Part shown: piece after piece, positions 59,088 to 64,000 of the stretch | Numbering within the stretch: the stretch's first letter is position 1 | How the letters are laid out: every line of letters starts with the position of its first letter | From: Sphingobacteriaceae bacterium | Lineage (GTDB): Bacteria > Bacteroidota > Bacteroidia > UBA7662 | Length of the DNA: 64,000 nt | Reading direction: 5' to 3' | Assembly: GCA_013824115.1 (NCBI GenBank) | Contig: PNNG01000016.1 | Location: 7,686 to 71,685 of the forward strand | The notes under the pieces: model-generated | Told to the model about the DNA's origin: nothing | What the model saw: the letters and a program-made list of their open reading frames with translations, nothing else | The model's database searches: none | Translations under genes and position numbers: made by a program

Positions 59088-60338
59088 ATGATGCAAGTAG
59101 CCGTCTCCACCAAGCTCCAGCCCGCCACCCGCCCACTCTCCGGCCCCATCGCCCTGCCCGGCTCCAAGAGCGCCAGCAACCGCCTCTTGATCCTCCGCGC
59201 ACTGGCCAACGCCAATACCCAACTCCTCGGCCTCTCCACCGCCGCCGATACCGCCTATATGCAAGCCGCCTTGCAACAAATAACAGCCCAGCCGGGTGGA
59301 CGCATCTTCGCCGGAGCCGCCGGAACAGTGATGCGCTTTTTGCTGCCCGTTTTGGCCCTGCGCCCTGGCATTTGGGAGCTGTACGGCAGCGATCGCGCCC
59401 ACGAACGGCCCATCGGCCCGCTGGTAGATGCCTTACGCAGCTTGGGAGCGAAAATTGATTACCTCGACAAGGAAGGATTTCCACCCTTGCGCATTGAAGG
59501 CGGAACGTTAAATGGGGGAGACGTACAGCTTCCAGCACACCAAAGTTCACAGTTCGCCACGGCGCTGTTGTTGGTAGGAGCCAGGCTACCCGGTGGACTC
59601 CAACTGCAACTTACCGGCGAGCTGGTATCGCGCCCCTATTTGCAGCAAACCATCGAGCTGTTGGCTGCGTGTGGTGTAAAGGTGCAGCAAGCAGGAAATA
59701 CCTACACGATCGCGGAGCAATACATCAACATGCCTGCGGTGGTGCAGGTGGAGCCCGATTGGTCGTCGGCCGCTTATTGGTTGGCCTGGGTGGCTGCTGT
59801 GCCAGGCAGTGAGCTGCTGCTCGAAAATTTGCCGCTTTACTCGCACCAAGCCGATAGCCGAGCGGTGGAATGGATGGGGCCACTGGGCGTGAAGGTGACC
59901 GGACAACCGAACGGATTGCTGCTCCGTCACCAAACGCCTGAAATTACAGATGGGCGAAACTACGACGGTCGCGATTGTCCCGATCTCGTACCCGCCCAAG
60001 CAGTTTTGTGCGCCTTGCAGCAACAACCCGCCTTGTTTACCGGTTTGGCTACCTTGCGCCTCAAAGAAAGCGACCGCATCGAAGCCCTGGCCGTGAATTT
60101 ACGTGCTGCCGGAGCGGTGGTGAGCAGCGGTCCCGATTGGTTGCACATCGAAAAAGGCATTCCAGAAGGAGCGGGAGAGGTACACGTCCAATGCTTCCAC
60201 GACCACCGCATGGCCCTGGCATTTAGTGTGCTCGCAGCGGCCCAAAAAACCGTTATTTTTGACCAGCCCGAGGTCGTAGCCAAATCGTATCCCAACTATT
60301 GGGAACAGCTGGCCACCCAAGGCATCAATTTTCGATAA
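59088..60338 (+). CDS. aroA: 3-phosphoshikimate 1-carboxyvinyltransferase (EPSP synthase)
   Basis: 416 aa with 'LPGSKSASNRLLILRALA', 'GAAGTVMRFL', 'LRLKESDRI' and 'DHRMALAFSVLA'. Confidence 0.93.
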   Translation: MMQVAVSTKLQPATRPLSGPIALPGSKSASNRLLILRALANANTQLLGLSTAADTAYMQAALQQITAQPGGRIFAGAAGTVMRFLLPVLALRPGIWELYGSDRAHERPIGPLVDALRSLGAKIDYLDKEGFPPLRIEGGTLNGGDVQLPAHQSSQFATALLLVGARLPGGLQLQLTGELVSRPYLQQTIELLAACGVKVQQAGNTYTIAEQYINMPAVVQVEPDWSSAAYWLAWVAAVPGSELLLENLPLYSHQADSRAVEWMGPLGVKVTGQPNGLLLRHQTPEITDGRNYDGRDCPDLVPAQAVLCALQQQPALFTGLATLRLKESDRIEALAVNLRAAGAVVSSGPDWLHIEKGIPEGAGEVHVQCFHDHRMALAFSVLAAAQKTVIFDQPEVVAKSYPNYWEQLATQGINFR

Positions 60339-61418
60339 ATGGCAGGCAACAGTTTCGGACAGTTTTTCCGCATCACCACCTTTGGCGAATCGCACGGACC
60401 GGCCATTGGGGTGGTGGTAGATGGGTGTCCGGCCGGACTCGATTTCGACCTTGCCTTTATTCAGCAGCAAATGGACCGCCGCCGTCCGGGACAAAGCGCC
60501 CTCACCACCGACCGCAACGAAGCCGACCGGGTGGAGGTGCTGTCGGGCGTATTCGACGGCAAAACCACCGGAACGCCCATTGCCATGCTGTTGCGCAATG
60601 CCGACCAGCGCTCTAAAGATTACGATGCTTTGAAGGAAGTGTACCGCCCTTCGCATGCCGATTATACCTACGAGGCCCGTTATGGCCTGCGCGACCACCG
60701 CGGAGGTGGACGCAGCTCGGCGCGCGAAACAGCCGCGCGCGTGGCATCCGGTGCCCTGGCCCAATTGCTTCTCCGAACGGTTGGCGTACAGGTGCAGGCC
60801 TATGTGAGCGCGGTGGGGCCTGTTGAACTCCAAAAGTCGGCTGCTGAGTTGGATTTAAGCCTCGTTGACAGCCATGCCGTGCGTTGTCCCGACCCTGAAA
60901 CCGCCGCTGCCATGGAAGCCCTCATCACCCAGCTCAAAGCCGAGGGCGATTCGGTAGGCGGGGTGATCAGTTGTGTGGCCAGTGGTGTGCCGGCAGGTTG
61001 GGGCGAACCCGTTTTCGATAAGCTGGAGGCCGATTTGGCCAAGGCCATGCTCAGCATCAATGCCGTAAAAGGATTTGAAGTAGGCAGTGGTTTTGCCGCC
61101 AGCAAAGGTCGTGGTTCCGCCTTCAACGATGCGTTTGTGCTGGAAGAAGGCAAAGTCCGCACCCGCACCAACCATTCAGGCGGCATCCAGGGTGGCATCA
61201 GCAATGGCGAAGACATCACCTTCCGCGTGGGTTTCAAACCTGTGGCCACCATTGCCCAAAAGCAACAAACGCTCACCCGCAGCGGCGAAGCCACCGAGCT
61301 CCAAGCCCAAGGCCGCCACGACCCCTGCGTGGTGCCCCGCGCCGTACCCATCGTAGAAGCCATGGCCGCTTTGGTGCTGGCCGATCATATGTTGCGGGAA
61401 AGGGTGGCGCGGGTGTAG
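60339..61418 (+). CDS. aroC: chorismate synthase
   Basis: 359 aa with '[19 protein letters not shown]', '[15 protein letters not shown]' and '[13 protein letters not shown]'. It starts immediately after the aroA stop. Confidence 0.95.
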   Translation: MAGNSFGQFFRITTFGESHGPAIGVVVDGCPAGLDFDLAFIQQQMDRRRPGQSALTTDRNEADRVEVLSGVFDGKTTGTPIAMLLRNADQRSKDYDALKEVYRPSHADYTYEARYGLRDHRGGGRSSARETAARVASGALAQLLLRTVGVQVQAYVSAVGPVELQKSAAELDLSLVDSHAVRCPDPETAAAMEALITQLKAEGDSVGGVISCVASGVPAGWGEPVFDKLEADLAKAMLSINAVKGFEVGSGFAASKGRGSAFNDAFVLEEGKVRTRTNHSGGIQGGISNGEDITFRVGFKPVATIAQKQQTLTRSGEATELQAQGRHDPCVVPRAVPIVEAMAALVLADHMLRERVARV

Positions 61419-61425
61419 GGGTGAG

Positions 61426-61818
61426 TTAGTATTGTTGCCTCCCCGGAATCACCCCTCTCACCCCGCCTATTGGATTTTCTACATCACCATCATAACGCGG
61501 AATCAAATGCAAATGCACATGCATGACCGTTTGGCCGGCTATTTCGCCCACATTCACGCCGATGTTGTAGCCTTGGGGTTGAAAGTCAGTATCGAGTAAG
61601 CGCTTTACTTCATCGAGAAGTTGCCAACAGGCCGCTTTTTCATCGGGCGACAGCTCAAAGTAATTGGTTACATGACGTCTGGGGATGATGAGTGCATGGC
61701 CGGCATTCACCGGGAATTTGTCAAATATGGTGTAAGCAAAGTCGTTTTCAGCCAGAATGCGGCGGTCAGTCATGGGTGTGCAAAAGGGGCATTGCGCTGA
61801 ATAATTCAAATGCTCCAT
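61426..61818 (-). CDS. HIT (histidine triad) family nucleotide hydrolase/transferase
   Basis: 130 aa with an N-terminal 'CPFC', 'GHALIIPRRH' and the histidine triad 'HVHLHLIPR'. Its start overlaps the upstream HNH gene's stop by 13 nt. Confidence 0.85.
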   Translation of the reverse strand: MEHLNYSAQCPFCTPMTDRRILAENDFAYTIFDKFPVNAGHALIIPRRHVTNYFELSPDEKAACWQLLDEVKRLLDTDFQPQGYNIGVNVGEIAGQTVMHVHLHLIPRYDGDVENPIGGVRGVIPGRQQY

Positions 61819-62951
61819 GCTTCAAATCCCCTGCTTTCGATGAGGTAGTTGCAGCTCTTTTGAAGCTGTGCCAAACTTGCATGTTGCCAATTGTCAAAAT
61901 CACGTTTGCCTAACAAAGCCACTTGCATTTCGCGCTGAAACCGGTCATTTTGATTTTTCTGGATGATTTGCCAATAATTTAGAATCAGGTCTTTTTGCCT
62001 TTCAATCAGTTCTGGAGTAGGAATACGGTCGCGCTTTTTGCCATTTACAGTAGAGTGAGCAGGCAGAAGGTTCCACAAATCGTTGTTTTTCCAGACTGAG
62101 AAAGGGATAACATGGTCGATGTCGTAGGAATGGAGCTTGTCGCCTGTCCATACACAATACACCTGGCCTTGCTGGTTCAGCACCTCACGGTAAATCTTTT
62201 TTGATTCTTCAATATTGCGTGCCGTTATGGGGCTCACCAGAACTTCATTGATGACGTTTTCAATGGACAGATTTTGCCCCGAGGCATTTACCGAAAACTG
62301 TGCCCATTTGAATAAGATGGAATTTTGGCCATTGATGAAACTGCCGAAAACCTTGAAGGCTTCGTAATATTCTACCGGAATACTGAAAGTACCAGCATGC
62401 TGAATGAGGTATTCTACATTTACGTAAATGGGTAAATGCATAGGAGCATTCTCGTATTCGAATATGGAGTAGTAAGCATTGGTGATGGAACGTCCAATGT
62501 ATTTCATGGGCATTTGGGTGATGGTATCACGCAGTTTTTTTATCAACTGAAAGACATCTTCCCTTAGCTCATGCGGTATGCCTTTGTTTTTGAGGTCGTT
62601 GTAAAAGGCCGAAAAGCCGCCCCTCAGTTCGTAGGTATCAATCACTTTTTTAAACTGCGTACTGAATGCCAATTTGGCTTCGCCATTGATTTGCGGAATG
62701 GTTGTTTCCGACCGCAATATGGGGTAGTAATACATCAACCACTTTTCGATGAGCAAGCCAGTGGGTATGTATACCCTACCAAGTATTTCGTCAATAAAGG
62801 GTGAATTATCGTCGATGATATCTATTACCCCGCGCAACAAAGCAAATTTATAGGTCGTCGACTTGCTGTCGCGCTCAATGATTTTGCTGATGTTGGTAAA
62901 GACTTCGCGGTTCATTTGTTCAAAAATAGGGTGTCTGGCGAGAAAAACCAC
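61806..62951 (-). CDS. HNH / His-Me finger nuclease domain protein with large uncharacterised N-terminal domain
   Basis: 381 aa from GTG 62951; ATG 62915 is an alternative start. The C-terminal motif is 'YDIDHVIPFSVWKNNDLWNLLPAHSTVNGKKRDRIP'. I recognised no motif in the roughly 280-aa N-terminal region. Hand counts of sample lines give about 38-47% G+C. Confidence 0.7.
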   Translation of the reverse strand: MVFLARHPIFEQMNREVFTNISKIIERDSKSTTYKFALLRGVIDIIDDNSPFIDEILGRVYIPTGLLIEKWLMYYYPILRSETTIPQINGEAKLAFSTQFKKVIDTYELRGGFSAFYNDLKNKGIPHELREDVFQLIKKLRDTITQMPMKYIGRSITNAYYSIFEYENAPMHLPIYVNVEYLIQHAGTFSIPVEYYEAFKVFGSFINGQNSILFKWAQFSVNASGQNLSIENVINEVLVSPITARNIEESKKIYREVLNQQGQVYCVWTGDKLHSYDIDHVIPFSVWKNNDLWNLLPAHSTVNGKKRDRIPTPELIERQKDLILNYWQIIQKNQNDRFQREMQVALLGKRDFDNWQHASLAQLQKSCNYLIESRGFEAWSI

Positions 62952-62973
62952 CCTTTGTTTTGGCAGCTGAAAA

Positions 62974-63010
62974 TTTTGAACTTTGAACTTTGAACTTTGA
63001 ACTTTGAACT
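62974..63010. repeat. five tandem TTTGAAC (= GTTCAAA) heptamers
   Basis: The sequence is TTTTGAACTTTGAACTTTGAACTTTGAACTTTGAACT, with TTTG at 62975, 62982, 62989, 62996 and 63003. It lies in the divergent intergenic region between the HNH gene and the symporter gene. Confidence 0.85.
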
Positions 63011-63051
63011 ACCCCGTAGGGGGATTACCTTCGCCTTTCTATCGTGTGGCC

Positions 63052-64000
63052 ATGAAAAAGAAAAAACTCGCACTGCATTGGCAAATCATCATCGGTTTGG
63101 TGGCCGGGGTGCTGTTCGGATTGCTATCGAGCAGCCTAGGCTGGAACAGTTGGGTGGTCGATTGGGTGAAGCCCATAGGTACCATCTTTGTGAATTTGTT
63201 GAAGCTGATTGCCATGCCTTTGGTGCTGGCATCGCTGGTGGTGGGCATTGCGAGCTTGAAAGACGTGAGCAAATTATCGCGACTGGGTACCAAAACCATC
63301 AGCCTTTACCTCGCAACCACGGTCATCGCCATCACCATTGGTTTGGTAACGGTGAACCTGCTGCAGCCAGGCAGTTATTTGTCGGCCCAAAAACGCGACG
63401 AGCTCAAAGCCCGGTATGCTACCGAAGCGGCCTCTAAATCGGAAAAGGCCGAATTGGTTACCCAAACCGGACCTTTGCAACCTTTGGTTGATGTGGTGCC
63501 CGACAACCTCTTCAAAGCCATGGGCGACAATATCAATATGCTGCAGGTGGTGTTTTTCGCGGTCTTTTTTGGCATTGCGCTCATCCTCATTCCCGATGAA
63601 CAAACCGCCGGGGTGCGTTCCTTTTTTGAAGGTGCCAACCACATCATCCTCAAAATGGTTGATTTGATCATGATTGGTGCGCCTTATGGTGTTTTTGCCT
63701 TGTTGGCGGCGCTCATTGCCGAATTTGCTGGGAGCAATCCGGCCGATGCATTGGAATTGCTCAAAGCCTTAAGTGTGTACAGCCTCACCGTCATCATTGG
63801 TTTGGCGACCATGATTTTTATCATTTACCCGCTGCTGTTTCGCATTTTCACCAAGTTCAATTACGCCCGTTTTTTCAAGGGTATTGGTCCGGCCCAATTG
63901 CTGGCCTTTTCCACCAGCTCTAGCTCGGCTACCCTGCCGGTAACCATGGAGCGGGTAGAAGACCACCTGGGGGTATCGGAAGAGGTATCGAGTTTTGTGC
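63052..64000 (+). CDS. dicarboxylate/amino acid:cation symporter (DAACS/GltP family), 5' partial (runs off the window)
   Basis: I translated this by hand from ATG 63052: 'MKKKKLALHWQIIIGLVAGVLFG...IFVNLLKLIAMPLVLASLVVGIASL...MLQVVFFAVFFGIAL...GAPYGVFALLAALI...AFSTSSSSATLPVTME'. The open frame continues to 64000 with no stop. The ORF track lacks it, presumably because it has no stop in the window. Confidence 0.9.
   Translation, partial: MKKKKLALHWQIIIGLVAGVLFGLLSSSLGWNSWVVDWVKPIGTIFVNLLKLIAMPLVLASLVVGIASLKDVSKLSRLGTKTISLYLATTVIAITIGLVTVNLLQPGSYLSAQKRDELKARYATEAASKSEKAELVTQTGPLQPLVDVVPDNLFKAMGDNINMLQVVFFAVFFGIALILIPDEQTAGVRSFFEGANHIILKMVDLIMIGAPYGVFALLAALIAEFAGSNPADALELLKALSVYSLTVIIGLATMIFIIYPLLFRIFTKFNYARFFKGIGPAQLLAFSTSSSSATLPVTMERVEDHLGVSEEVSSFV

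Overview
Densely packed chromosomal segment of a Bacteroidota-type genome. Supporting this: six proteins end in T9SS Por-secretion-tail domains, sigma-A is 288 codons, one promoter fits the TTG/TAnnTTTG type, and many starts are coupled by ATGA/GTGA overlaps. I count about 60 protein genes. I saw no rRNA, tRNA, CRISPR array, transposase or integrase.

Gene content, left to right:
- caa3-type cytochrome c oxidase and heme-A cluster (ctaD, ctaA, ctaB, two subunit-III genes, subunit IV, an SCO-like gene, DUF420)
- carA, eno and an ftsB-like gene
- an ECF-sigma operon next to two tandem paralogous T9SS cargo genes
- a vWA membrane protein and fabG
- a GH19 chitinase and a beta-helix T9SS protein
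- ykgJ-like, marC, DUF3365, enoyl-CoA hydratase and comEC
- a 1468-aa T9SS protein, a GNAT, fbaB and accD
- a lower-GC islet with a ParE-type toxin-antitoxin pair
- rpsO, pnp, rpoD and prfC
- two outer-membrane receptors, HMG-CoA synthase, SCO and proline dehydrogenase
- an RCC1-like T9SS protein
- a shikimate operon (DAHP synthase/chorismate mutase, aroB, aroA, aroC)
- a lower-GC HNH-nuclease and HIT-hydrolase pair
- the 5' part of a glutamate/dicarboxylate symporter gene that the ORF track missed because it runs off the window

Most interesting signals:
1. A CCCAAC-N16-GTGTAT promoter-like motif occurs three times, 23-24 nt upstream of T9SS cargo genes. One copy heads the ECF sigma operon, which suggests an undescribed ECF regulon.
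2. A family of GTTCAAA-heptamer and hairpin repeats occurs at three loci. One locus is a 5 x 49-bp tandem array and another is a MITE-like inverted-repeat element. Stems are conserved while the loops differ.
3. An overlapping HNH and HIT two-gene module of atypically low G+C is a candidate defence or DNA-end-processing system.

All functional calls come from reading the translated ORFs for motifs. No database search was possible.
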